This document shows, piece after piece, positions 10,691-20,645 of a stretch of 64,000 bases of DNA. Source of the stretch: Candidatus Moanibacter sp. (GTDB lineage: Bacteria; Verrucomicrobiota; Verrucomicrobiia; Opitutales; UBA2987); contig CBDCEW010000089.1 in NCBI GenBank assembly GCA_965215885.1, positions 1 to 64,000 of the forward strand. The letters are read 5' to 3'. Each line of letters begins with the position of its first letter. Positions within the stretch are counted from its first letter, which is position 1. Made by a program: the position numbers and the translations under genes. Below the pieces are notes generated by a model. The model was not told where the DNA came from and searched no databases. It saw nothing but the letters and a program-made list of their open reading frames with translations.

Positions 10691-11662
10691 GGTAGCGAGA
10701 TATTTAAACCTGCACCTTGCTAAAAGACAATCAATTTGTGAAAATCTGCCTGGAAGATTGTTGCAGGTAAAGAAGGATCTTTCACAGCTTCTTCAACGAT
10801 GAAGCCATTTCTTTTTGGATTACCCTCAATCCGGACTCTAACGGGATATACATCGTCGTATATGCGAATTGGAGTGCCGAGTCCCGAGCGATTTTTAGTC
10901 CCCGCAATTACACTAGCGACCTGCGTAAATGCGCTCTGGTCTGCGCCGAGTCATATCTATCTCACCTGGCAGGGAGAACCTTCTACCAGCGTAACGGTCA
11001 ATTATCACACCCTTGAGAGTGCCCAAGCGAGCGAGGTGCGATTTGACAGGGAGAGCCGAGGAGGCGAATTCGGGGCCTACCGATTCCGCATTGCGGGTTC
11101 GCGACACCGGATTTCCGGCTTGGAGGATAGACGAACGATTAACGTGGTTGAATTGACCGGTTTAGAGCCGTCCACAGCCTATTTCTTTATCGCCGGCGAC
11201 GAAACAAACGGTTTTAGCACAGAATTGAAATTTCGCACTGTTCCCGATGACGATCGGCCTGTTCGTTTCGTAGTGGGAGGGGACATGGGAATCAGTCAGG
11301 AAGCGGCGCAATTGATCGGGATTGCCGGAGAAAAGGATCCGTTATTTGCCGTCATCGGCGGTGATCTCGCTTACGCCAACGGAAGACTTTCGTCGCATAG
11401 GAGGTGGGATCGCTGGCTCGAAAACTGGCAGGAAAATTTCGTCTCTCCGGACGGCTTTATGATACCGATGGTGCTCGCCGTGGGAAATCATGAAGTGCGT
11501 GGGGGCTACGGGCAGCTGCCCGAAGATGCGCCTTTTTACTTCGGATATTTCAAGCAGGCGGGAGGAGAGAATAGAGCCTATTTCTCGATGAGATTCGGCG
11601 CGAATGTCGCCATCTATGTGCTCGATAGCGGGCACGTTTCTACCCATGGAGGCGAACAGGCT

Positions 11663-13556
11663 CACGGTATTTTGATTCTCGGAGCATTAGGTGATGATAT
11701 TGATGGCCTTATGTAAGTTAAAGACGAAATCATCACAGAGTGCGGGAGTGGATTCAGCGCCCATGGAAGACTTGAGGCTGAGAACCAGTTGCCTGCATGC
11801 AGCAAGAATTCTGGCTGCGTTATGATTACGGATCATACATCGATCTTCATCGAAGAAGCGATCCCTGGGGTAATGATTTTTATTTTCGATCGACCAATGG
11901 TTGCGAATTTTCGAGAGGAACTGTTGAGGGCTCAAATCGGCGGGATCGAGACTGCTTACGTAGTAAGAGCGTTCAGAGGAAGGTTCAGCTTTGTTTGGAT
12001 AATGGAAGGTGCGTTGCACACAGGCGAACTGGCGGGCATGGGGCAGGCCGGCAGAGGGAGCGCTTAGAGAATGGGTTGCTATTTGACGTATTTCGAGTCG
12101 CCCATGGTCATTGTCCACGGTTTGGTGGAGAAAAAGGGGGTGGAGCTGAAGAGATTCTGAGCGTATTGATGCATGTTGGGCTGATTGTCTTTAATTTGAA
12201 TAACATAGTCAGCACTGAGTTCTTCGACGACGATGTGGGCAGTTTCTTTTTGATTATGCATGGCGTCGAAGGTGAAGGTGGAGCCGTCCAAAATGGGCAT
12301 CTTTCGCAAGAGAGTCTGGGCGGCGGTGATCGCGTTGGATTTATCGGCGGTAGCGACTTGGGCTAAGGTTTGAGCGCTTTGGTGATCGACTGCGGCCACC
12401 AGGTGCAGAGCCTTTGATTCTTCGGTGTTTGTGCCTTTGAGGGTCTTGCCGTCGACGGCAATATCGCGGGGCAAACAGCCGTCTTGTAAGCAGATGAATT
12501 CGGTGAGGGTTTTATCGAAGAGCTCGGCCTTTACGTTTTGCAAGACCCGATAGAAGACATCATAGCAAGGGGCCTTATAGCGGCCTGTTTTGGGGTTTTT
12601 CCAGGAGCGTAAGGCGCGCAATTGGGCTTGATTGAGATGATGGGCCAGGCGCACGATGCCCTTGAGGGTCTGTTTGCCGCACATCGTGCCGAGCACAATC
12701 ATGCTCAGGACCGTGGCGAGCCGATATCTAAGGCCCGCTTTACGACGGAAGTCTTCTATCTGATTGAAGCGTTCCCACAGGCTGCTCATCTGTTCCACTT
12801 TGAGGCAGACCGCATGGGAGTTATCGGTTTCATTGAGCGCCTGGCTCTGTGCCGCGGGCAATGGCCCTGAAGCGCGCAAAAGCTCAAGGGCATTAGCCTT
12901 GAGGGGTTTGACCCAGATCTGCTTGGGACGCTCATGGCGTTGATAGAAATCTTCGCGTTGGCGGCCATATCCCGCGCTCAAGCCCAAGGGCGTCCACCCG
13001 CTCGCTTCGTAGCAAGTGCCCCGGTGAATCTGTGGGTCCACGAACGTTTCCGCTACTAAGGGACGATAGCCAAAAGCCTCCTGCCAGTGATCGGCTAAGA
13101 CTCTCAGGCACATACCCAACGTCTTGGAGGCCAAATTTGCAAGATCCACCCCGGGCAAAATCAGAAAACGCCGGTTCTGTACTACCAGTTTCAATCGTGC
13201 ATGCCGTTGCGCCCCGTCCCTCCCGATCCATTCGTCTCGATCCTTCAGCCGGTAGGATGCGGCCCCCCACAAGAGCAGGCCCATCCATTGCCCGTCGATC
13301 TGCGCCACATAGCGCAGGGTCTCTCCTGCGCTGCCCGCACTGTGTAAATAATGATGTTGTTTCAATAGATCATTGAATCGCTCCTGCTCTTCGGGCAGGA
13401 CCAGACGCAGAGTTAAACGATCTATCGAAGGATTCAGTTGGTAAGATTTTTTGTCTTTCATCCCATCTTAACATGACTGATTCCCTCGGGTTTGTTTAGC
13501 TCTTTTTTTATCTTCTTGCTTATCAGCTAGTTGCTTCCTGGAATCCTTTTACCCTG
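11663..13556 (-). mobile_element. ISAs1-family insertion sequence, 1894 bp
   Basis: 10-bp TSD CGAACAGGCT at 11653-11662 and 13557-13566. Imperfect TIRs CACGGTATTTTGATTC / CAGGGTAAAAGGATTC. Confidence 0.92.
11687..13461 (-). CDS. ISAs1 transposase with N-terminal DUF4338 (DruA-like) domain, split by a -1 frameshift
   Basis: HHYL/NRRFLILP/ETFVD/GTCY domain, then AVDGKTL, DAMH, IKDNQ. Second frame has HGRLEIR and RNHWSIEN. Shift maps near C5T5 at 12131-12140. Confidence 0.85.
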
Positions 13557-14110
13557 CGAACAGGCTCGCTGGCTTGAGAAAGAGATGGCGGAGGATGATA
13601 ATGTGCCCTATCGTTTGGCGGTCTACCATGTGCCATTGTATCCTGCGTCCCATCCTTTTGACGGCGAGTATCACACTGAGGGGCGGAAACACTGGTTGCC
13701 GATCTTCGATCGCTACAAACTGACCGTGGCGTTTGAGAATCACGACCATGTTCTGAAGCGGACTTTTCCCCTCCGATCGGGAGAGAGAGAAGAGCGGCAC
13801 CGTTTTCCTGGGTGATGGGTGCTTCGGCAGACGAACCCACAAGCTTCGTGAGCGTGATTATTTAGCCTTCAGCCGCCAAATTCGCCACTTCTGGTTGGTT
13901 GAAGCGACGAGAGAGCGGATTACATTCAAAGCGATTGATGAAGAGGGAAAGGTGGTGGATCGGTATTCCATTCAAAAGGTAGAAAGGTAATCTGAAGAAC
14001 GTAATCTAAGGATTCGTTATGATCTGGAACTCTTGGCACTACCGTCCCCGAAGCTAGGAAGGCGATCCAAGGTGAATCGTCGTAGAATGGTAATTCGAAG
14101 ACCGTCAGGT

Positions 14111-14178
14111 GTAGGAAGGCCGCTTGCGGCCGAAGGGAACGCCGGTATACTTGGATCGCTCGCAAGCGAGCTTCCTAC
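14111..14178. repeat. GTAG-REP doublet
   Basis: GTAGGAAGGCCGCTTGCGGCCGA ... TCGCTCGCAAGCGAGCTTCCTAC between convergent genes. Confidence 0.7.
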
Positions 14179-14261
14179 CCTAACGGTGAAACCGGGTTGA
14201 ATGCCCGTTCTAACCTGATGAAGAAGGATGATCTCTTATTTTCAGTACGGAAGTCTCGCCT

Positions 14262-14522
14262 TCAAAACTGACTAAACTTCGCCGAGATTTCCTGCTCAAG
14301 CGCGTCGAGCACTTCCTTCGCGTTCCCGCTACGTTCGAGCTTCTCGCTCCAGTGCCATTGGTCGAGATATTCGTCGCTGCCGAAGAGTCCCTCCTCCATG
14401 GCAACGCGATCGATCTCGGTCTGGAAACGCTCTGGCAGTTGACGCGATACAGGGCGCCGGCCGTCAAAGGCTTTCAGCTGCGCTGGAATTTCGCGCCAGT
14501 AAAGAATCTGGTATTCAGCCAT
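14262..14522 (-). CDS. Small 'Virulence_fact'-type protein typical of corrinoid methyltransferase clusters
   Basis: ILYWREIPAQ...LPERFQTEID...YLDQW. Confidence 0.75.
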   Translation of the reverse strand: MAEYQILYWREIPAQLKAFDGRRPVSRQLPERFQTEIDRVAMEEGLFGSDEYLDQWHWSEKLERSGNAKEVLDALEQEISAKFSQF

Positions 14523-14540
14523 TGTTACGAAGTTTCTTTG

Positions 14541-15581
14541 TCATGACACCAGTTCCCCTTTACGAAATGCTTTCAGATAATTCTTGCAGTAGACGTCCCT
14601 TCCGAGGAGGAGGTCTTCGGCGAGCCGGCACGGACTTGAAGTTCGATCCATCGTGAAGGCGCGTTCAACTTTCGTTGCGATCGGATCAATGATCCCGGAA
14701 TCGGCTCCGGCCTCCACAGCCAGATTCAAGAAGGTGTCGTTGATGAGGCGCCTGCAAGGCAACCCGAAGGAGACGTTGCTGAACCCGCCGGTGATGTGAA
14801 TATCCGGCCCGTAGCTTTCCCGCAACCTGCGTATGGCGTTAAAGCAGTGGTTGCCAAATTCGCTATCGACGGAAATGGGAAAAACGAGCGGGTCGACGAA
14901 GATATACTCGATCGCGATACCCTTTCCCAGTGCCGCGTCCACCATCCTGGAGGCGTGGTCGACCCGCTCGTCATCGTTTTGTGGCATTCCTGATTCGCCC
15001 GCCGCGGTCACGATGACGCAGGTATCAAAGGTTTTGGCCAGATCGAGAGCGTCGATCCGCTCGAGCGATGCCGAGTTCAGTAAATTCCTGCGGCCATTCC
15101 GACTGCAACTTTCCAGGCCTTTCTGAATAATCTCTACATTCGAAGAGTCGATCGAAAGCGGGGTGTCAGACATGGACTGTACTGTCTGCACCAACCAGGC
15201 CATGGCCTCCTTCTGCTCTTCGAGTTTCAGCGAAATCTCATCGACGTTGAGATCGAGAAAATCTGTCTTCGCTTCAACCTGCCGTTCCACCAATCGTCTG
15301 AGATAGGCGATACCGTCGCTCGCATCCGGCTCGTTTCCGTCCATAGCCGCCTGAATGGCAATTTTGACGTGCTTGACTCGGCCCTCCTCATAGTCCTGGG
15401 TCCGCTTCGCCTGTTCAGGGATCGCCAGATATCGGGGTTCTGCTTTTGCGTCTACGAATCGCACGGACTCGTGCCCCTCCGGGCTGGTCATAACGAGTTT
15501 CCCCCGCCGCATGACGATTCGCGTAGTATGAACGTTTTCACCAATTATGCTGAATCTACGAGTGTGATTGTCTTCTTTCAT
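14541..15581 (-). CDS. Pterin-binding methyltetrahydrofolate:corrinoid methyltransferase (AcsE/MetH-like)
   Basis: IIGENVH, FLDLNVD, PLSIDSS, VDPLVFP, GFSNVSFGLP. Confidence 0.88.
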   Translation of the reverse strand: MKEDNHTRRFSIIGENVHTTRIVMRRGKLVMTSPEGHESVRFVDAKAEPRYLAIPEQAKRTQDYEEGRVKHVKIAIQAAMDGNEPDASDGIAYLRRLVERQVEAKTDFLDLNVDEISLKLEEQKEAMAWLVQTVQSMSDTPLSIDSSNVEIIQKGLESCSRNGRRNLLNSASLERIDALDLAKTFDTCVIVTAAGESGMPQNDDERVDHASRMVDAALGKGIAIEYIFVDPLVFPISVDSEFGNHCFNAIRRLRESYGPDIHITGGFSNVSFGLPCRRLINDTFLNLAVEAGADSGIIDPIATKVERAFTMDRTSSPCRLAEDLLLGRDVYCKNYLKAFRKGELVS

Positions 15582-15599
15582 TGCTTCTTTGTCTCTCTG

Positions 15600-17243
15600 T
15601 CAAATCACCAATGCCTCAGTAGAAGGCGCCAGTTCATTCGGCATGGGTTTGAACTGACAGGCTTCCACGAAAATCTCGAAAAAGTCCGGCGTCGTTTCCA
15701 ATTCGATGTGCTCTATCTCTTTGACTAATGAGTCAATCGACTCACGGACAGACCGCGATAGCAGAGCTTCCCTCGCGCCCTGCAGGGCGGCATTACCAAT
15801 TTTTGCGATACGGTCCTCCGGTATCGGCGCCAGAAAACCAATATCGATCGCATTCCCTACATTCACATAGTTGGCAAAACCGCCGGCCAGGTAGAGTTTG
15901 GTGACATCGCGCGGATTGATACCAAGACTGCGGAGGACGATAAATTGGCCACAATAATTGGCCGCCTTTGCCTGGGCCAGATTACTGGCGTCTTCCCGAG
16001 AAAATGTGATGCCGTGCTCCGGGACGATATCGAGTTCGTAGGCCTTATCGGCGAACATCCCCTTGGGTTGCATGCGCCCGTGTCGGCGGAGTTCGGCGAG
16101 AAGATCGATTAGACCAGATCCGCAGATGCCTTCCGGCTCTTTCTCTCCGATAGTCTCGTACTGGTAACCGCGTCCATTCCAGCGAATCGACTCGATGGCC
16201 CCTTCATAACCCGGCATACCGTACTTAATCAAACCACCTTCAAAGGCGGGGCCGGCGGGGCAAGAGGCGCATACGATTCGACCGCGGTGGCCGAGAACTA
16301 CCTCCGTATTCGTCCCCACGTCCACAAGCATGACGACTTCGTCCTTATTCGCCATTTCAATGGCTACGAGGTCCGCCGCAACATCCGCGCCAACGTGACT
16401 GGCTACAAGGGGCAAACTGTAGACCTTAGCGTGAGGATTCACTCGAATCCCGAGTCGTCTCGCCCCCTGGGTAAGCGCAGTAGTATCTCTGACTCCCTCG
16501 CGATACTCGTGCTCGACAATCGACTTATAGGGTTTCTGGCCGATACTCTGGACATCAATTTTGAAGAAAATGTCACGCATTGTTGAATTCGCGGCGATGA
16601 CGATCTCATAAATCTCCTGACGGGCGAATCCGCGTTGATTCGCAAGCTCCTGGATCTCGAAATTAATGCCGCTGATGATGGCTTTGCGGAGCTCCCCTGG
16701 ATTTTCGCCGTCGTAACTGATGCGGTGCATGATGTCGCTTCCGCCGAAACGCTGTGGATTCTCGAAGGAGCTGACGCAGAGAGTTTCGCCATTCTCCAAA
16801 TCCACCAACGCCATCACGACGGTGGTCGTTCCCACATCCACGGCGAGACCCAGGAGATGTCCCCGGTAACGATCGATTACCTCGTCTCCGTAGTAAACCT
16901 TCTCTCCCCGCCGTCTAACCTGGGGCTCTATCTTAAGCGGATTCTCCAGTGAGAGAGAGAGGATCTTCGGTGTGCGCCGCAGCGGAGTGAATTCTATGTC
17001 CGCGGAATCGTCTTCAACGACCGCTTGACAGGCCAGACGATAGTTCTCCTTGAGAAACGACTCCTCTTTCGTGAGAGGCCCTAAAGCCTCCATACCCTTC
17101 TTTATCTCCACAACACATTCGTGACAGTTTCCCGTTCGCCCGCACGAGGTGGGTACCTGTACTGCCAGTTCGTCGGCGTAATCAAAAACCGACTTTCCGG
17201 TCTTCAGGCTGCGTACTTGCCCGTCGTGAGAGATTCTACCCAT
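15600..17243 (-). CDS. ASKHA-type reductive activator of corrinoid proteins (RACo) with [2Fe-2S] domain
   Basis: CGRTGNCHEC...RLACQ, VDVGTTT, VDVGTNTE, PAGPAFEG, GICGSG, LAGGF. Confidence 0.92.
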   Translation of the reverse strand: MGRISHDGQVRSLKTGKSVFDYADELAVQVPTSCGRTGNCHECVVEIKKGMEALGPLTKEESFLKENYRLACQAVVEDDSADIEFTPLRRTPKILSLSLENPLKIEPQVRRRGEKVYYGDEVIDRYRGHLLGLAVDVGTTTVVMALVDLENGETLCVSSFENPQRFGGSDIMHRISYDGENPGELRKAIISGINFEIQELANQRGFARQEIYEIVIAANSTMRDIFFKIDVQSIGQKPYKSIVEHEYREGVRDTTALTQGARRLGIRVNPHAKVYSLPLVASHVGADVAADLVAIEMANKDEVVMLVDVGTNTEVVLGHRGRIVCASCPAGPAFEGGLIKYGMPGYEGAIESIRWNGRGYQYETIGEKEPEGICGSGLIDLLAELRRHGRMQPKGMFADKAYELDIVPEHGITFSREDASNLAQAKAANYCGQFIVLRSLGINPRDVTKLYLAGGFANYVNVGNAIDIGFLAPIPEDRIAKIGNAALQGAREALLSRSVRESIDSLVKEIEHIELETTPDFFEIFVEACQFKPMPNELAPSTEALVI

Positions 17244-17288
17244 GGCGCCGCTTTGCCCAATGGAAGGTACCTATTAAGCGCATTTTGA

Positions 17289-17485
17289 GGCTCCCCCGGC
17301 CTTGCGCCGGGGTGGCGCCCGGTTTGCAGCTACAAGATGTGACTGGGACAGCCGCCCCGCTCCGGGCATTTCTTCCCCAAGCCACCGGAAAGGCTTGGGG
17401 AAGAAATGCCCGGAGCGGGGGGTCGTTGGGGCACGTGTTCTGTAGAACGGAACCAACGCCACCCCGGCGCAAGGCCGGGGGAGCC
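17289..17485. repeat. Nested palindrome (REPIN-like), family shared with 33594-33782
   Basis: Perfect 29-bp outer IR (17289-17317/17457-17485) and perfect 29-bp inner hairpin (17355-17420). Confidence 0.85.
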
Positions 17486-17618
17486 AACGACCGAAAGGAT
17501 GACGCGAAACACGAACTACGGCAAAGCACAAAATTGCGCCTTCCTGTGTTATGGATTTTATGAAACACGGCACTATATCCGCGCGAATCACACTTGCGAA
17601 TTGAATCGCCTCGTACGA

Positions 17619-17873
17619 TCAGCCCTGCTCCGGTTCCTTCTCCCAGGCGCTGCAGTAATCGACATCGTCACCGGCGCTGCACAGGAGTAGCTTTCCCTCC
17701 TCATCGGGCGCTCGTTGAAAGTGGCAGGAGAATTTCGCGGTGCATTCATTCAAGCGATTCTTGTAGGGGCAACGCCGTGTAGAAATTGCGTCGGCGTGGA
17801 TGACCATACCGGTAAACAGTTCCGTTAGGGTGTCGAGCCGTCGCTCGTAGTCCTCCTGTTTAATTTTTTTCAT
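17619..17873 (-). CDS. Small Cys-rich hypothetical protein
   Basis: 84 aa with CPYK...C...C...C...C. Start overlaps the stop of the corrinoid protein gene. Confidence 0.75.
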   Translation of the reverse strand: MKKIKQEDYERRLDTLTELFTGMVIHADAISTRRCPYKNRLNECTAKFSCHFQRAPDEEGKLLLCSAGDDVDYCSAWEKEPEQG

Positions 17874-18637
17874 TTAGCGCCAGCTTCGACTTTGTACTCT
17901 ACCATGAGACGCTTTGCCAGTTCTACACAGGCCAGTGCGTCCTTACCGTAGCCATCGGCGCCCATGTCATCGGCAAATTCCTGTGTAACGGGCGCTCCCC
18001 CCACCATGATCTTAACGTCGTCTCGAAGATCGGCATCGATAAAGGCATCGATTGTCTTTCCCATATTCGGCATGGTCGTGGTGAGCAGAGCCGACATGCC
18101 CAGGAGGGGCGCCTTGTGCTCCTCCACTGCTTCGATAAATTCGTCCGGCGAAGTGTCCACGTTCAAATCATGCACAATGAATCCTGAGCCGCGCAGCATC
18201 ATGATACAGAGATTCTTCCCGATATCGTGCAAATCACCTTTCACCGTGCCCATGACGACGGTCCCAGCGGGTTCGACACCGGAAGCAGACAGGATCGGTT
18301 CGATATAGGCCATCCCGGCCTTCATTGCCCTTGCGCAGGCCAGGACCTCCGGCACATAGATAAAATTGTCACGAAACTTGATGCCCACAACGCCCATTCC
18401 GGCGATGAGACCGTCGTCCATGATCTCGAGTGCCTCGATGCCGTCATCCAGCGCCGCTTTGGTCAGTTTATCGACCGTGTTGTTGTCGCCGTCGATAAGC
18501 GCTGCGGAAATATCCTGCATTCCCGGACGGGCCTTCGCGAATGTGTTTACGGTGCGTTCAATTTCCTCGGGGCGCTCAATGAACTCTTCGATCTCGTCAC
18601 GGATAAATTCGTTTGCGATATCTGCAATTTCCGGCAT
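17870..18637 (-). CDS. Cobalamin-binding corrinoid protein (MtaC/MttC-like)
   Basis: Cap domain (YVPEVL), GDLHDIGKN, SALLTTT, VGGAP. Start placed at MPEIAD. Confidence 0.93.
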   Translation of the reverse strand: MPEIADIANEFIRDEIEEFIERPEEIERTVNTFAKARPGMQDISAALIDGDNNTVDKLTKAALDDGIEALEIMDDGLIAGMGVVGIKFRDNFIYVPEVLACARAMKAGMAYIEPILSASGVEPAGTVVMGTVKGDLHDIGKNLCIMMLRGSGFIVHDLNVDTSPDEFIEAVEEHKAPLLGMSALLTTTMPNMGKTIDAFIDADLRDDVKIMVGGAPVTQEFADDMGADGYGKDALACVELAKRLMVEYKVEAGAK

Positions 18638-18675
18638 TTCGAATGCTCTTCCTTCTGGTTGGTCTTTGAGCCGCC

Positions 18676-19719
18676 TCAAGCGGCGTGATCCCGGTGCCAA
18701 TCACGCACCGCATTTGGAATTTCCTTCAAGTTTTCGATGGAAGTCTGAAGAGGAATCGCGCATTCCGGCCCGACCAACTGCACTCCGGCATCAAGATTCT
18801 TACACACTTCTTGCCGAACCACATCAGGCCCTTTCGAAAACAGAGTCTCAGGATTGTTAATGTTTCCCACTAGCGAAATTCGTTTTTTTATCGCTTCCAT
18901 CGACTCGTCCGGTTCATTTTTGGAATCGAAATGAAAGGCGGCCATCCCCGTCTGTGCGATGTAGTCCATCCTGTCCACGGTACGTCCGCAGATGTGCAGG
19001 ATCAGGGGAATGGGAATCCTTTCCACAAATTCGATGTGGAGATCCTTTAGAAATCGTTCGTAGTATTCGCCGCTTACAAGATCCCCTGTGGCGTGGTCCG
19101 GCACAGTGAGGGCGTCGGCGCCCGCTTCAATCTGGGCTACTCCGAATTGCACGGTAGCCTCTTTCATTTTGTCCAGACAAAGCTTAGTCTTTTCCGGGTC
19201 GTCAAGGGACAAGAGCAGGAATGGTTCCACGCCGAAGCAGTGATAGCCCAGCGACCACGGCCCCATGGTTTTTCCGATAATCGCGACTTCGTCGCCATAC
19301 TCCTTCTTCAGGATCCGGATCGCATCCAGAACACACTTCGTATCCGGGTGTGTCAGAAAATCCGCTGGGATCTTGATGTCTTCCGGCTCCTCCCAAATCG
19401 GCTCGCGCATCTTTACCGTCGGCCAGTTATCCTTCTGTTCCCATTGGATCTTACAGCCAAGCGCCGAGGAATCCTGGATGATGGTATAGACCGGCATGAT
19501 GCTGTCAAAGCCCAGCTCCGTGTAACCGGTTGCTGCCAGCCTGGCCATCTTTTCGGGGTCGCGATTCGCTTCCGGAAAGTGAGCATCCACCAGATCCATC
19601 AGCTCTACAGTTGCGATTGAAGTTGGATTGCAGCACGGTGTCCTGTCTACAGGCTCCCCTCGCAGTGCGGCCAAGACGCGGTCACGACCCTTCATTGGTG
19701 CTACTTTTTCAGTTTCCAT
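18676..19719 (-). CDS. MtaA/CmuA-family methyltransferase (URO-D fold)
   Basis: RVLAAL.GEPVDR, GPWSL, QIEAGAD, Zn ligands HICG and PECAI. Confidence 0.9.
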   Translation of the reverse strand: METEKVAPMKGRDRVLAALRGEPVDRTPCCNPTSIATVELMDLVDAHFPEANRDPEKMARLAATGYTELGFDSIMPVYTIIQDSSALGCKIQWEQKDNWPTVKMREPIWEEPEDIKIPADFLTHPDTKCVLDAIRILKKEYGDEVAIIGKTMGPWSLGYHCFGVEPFLLLSLDDPEKTKLCLDKMKEATVQFGVAQIEAGADALTVPDHATGDLVSGEYYERFLKDLHIEFVERIPIPLILHICGRTVDRMDYIAQTGMAAFHFDSKNEPDESMEAIKKRISLVGNINNPETLFSKGPDVVRQEVCKNLDAGVQLVGPECAIPLQTSIENLKEIPNAVRDWHRDHAA

Positions 19720-19740
19720 GGCTATTCTCCGTCCCTTTCT

Positions 19741-20370
19741 CTATTTCTGTTGACTTGGCGCTGCCAGCATACCGCGCGACGCCGCTGCCTCCTGCTCCCG
19801 TAAAACCGCACGAACATTGGGCGCCCGAACGAGCAAAAGACCGACCAGCGCATCGTGACTGTGACCGCAAGTGAAGGCCACCTGATCGATTTTCCTGTCC
19901 TCCATCTCCCCGAGTTTAATCAGCCCTCCCGCTATCAATTCGATGCGTTTGTCCACTCTTTCGCCTTCGCCTTCCGCTCTCACGTCGTAAACACCTTCTC
20001 CCAGGCTTGTCACGATGACGTTGCACCCGGCCTTTTTGTCAAATATCTGCATGGGACGCGCTTTCGCGCCTTCGCTCGGGTCTATTTTGCACGCCTCAAC
20101 AAAAAGCCGCTTTATCGGTACTTCGTGAGCCTCCCCACAGGGAAATCGTAATAGTCCATCGTCTGTCGCCTCCAGTCCGCCCAATTTCTGCATCGCCTCT
20201 TTTGCGAATTCTAGGCGCTTCTGGACTCCTTCCAGGGAACTGTATGTGTGGACTAAATAGACTGGACCTTCGTTTCCCTCCTGCTGGTAGAGCGCAATCG
20301 AGATATCGCGATAATGCGGGTCCATTGAAACCAGCTCAATACGCCGCCCAATTTCCAATGTCTCTCTCAA
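19741..20370 (-). CDS. Hypothetical protein with two FxCGxxH motifs
   Basis: 209-aa ORF with RBS, first gene of the operon. FPCGEAH and FTCGHSH. Confidence 0.8.
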   Translation of the reverse strand: MRETLEIGRRIELVSMDPHYRDISIALYQQEGNEGPVYLVHTYSSLEGVQKRLEFAKEAMQKLGGLEATDDGLLRFPCGEAHEVPIKRLFVEACKIDPSEGAKARPMQIFDKKAGCNVIVTSLGEGVYDVRAEGEGERVDKRIELIAGGLIKLGEMEDRKIDQVAFTCGHSHDALVGLLLVRAPNVRAVLREQEAAASRGMLAAPSQQK

Positions 20371-20441
20371 TGTCTCCCTATCCTTCTCTTCTTTGCCCTT
20401 GCTTTTGTATCCGAATCTTACAGTCTCGCCCGATTATGCTG

Positions 20442-20459
20442 ATGGTCAGACCATTGACA
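20442..20459. promoter_or_regulatory. FadR-type operator overlapping a -35 box
   Basis: Palindrome ATGGTC-A-GACCAT (20442-20454) overlapping TTGACA (20454-20459) between divergent genes. Confidence 0.75.
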
Positions 20460-20645
20460 TATTGCATTTAGGACCGTGTGCGAACCGTTGTAAAGTGAAA
20501 AGTATCGCGAAATTCAGAAAAGAGCAACGAGACAGACCGGGCGCCTCTCCCAGGAGGGGATATACTCTGATGGTCTTACGAGCGATAGTTCCCCTCCTCC
20601 GGAGGGGTTAGGGGTGGGTTTACTGATCTTCTACCACGAAGTAAA

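Larger units (their letters stand above)
10799..13990 (+). pseudogene. Purple acid phosphatase-like metallophosphoesterase interrupted by an IS
   Basis: GGDM, GGDLAY and GNHE before the IS. Resumes at 13567 (RWLEKE...YHVP...ENHDH). A second frameshift lies in a (GA)n tract near 13781-13790 before GTVFLGDG. Confidence 0.88.

Noticed and set aside
12079..13461. A complete Druantia defence system
   Set aside because: Only the DUF4338-like domain is present, inside an IS. There is no DruE helicase or other dru genes.
20371..20645. Cobalamin riboswitch upstream of the methyl operon
   Set aside because: No recognisable B12-box. The hairpins at about 20545-20620 belong to a CCCCTAACCCCTCC repeat also seen near 42535.
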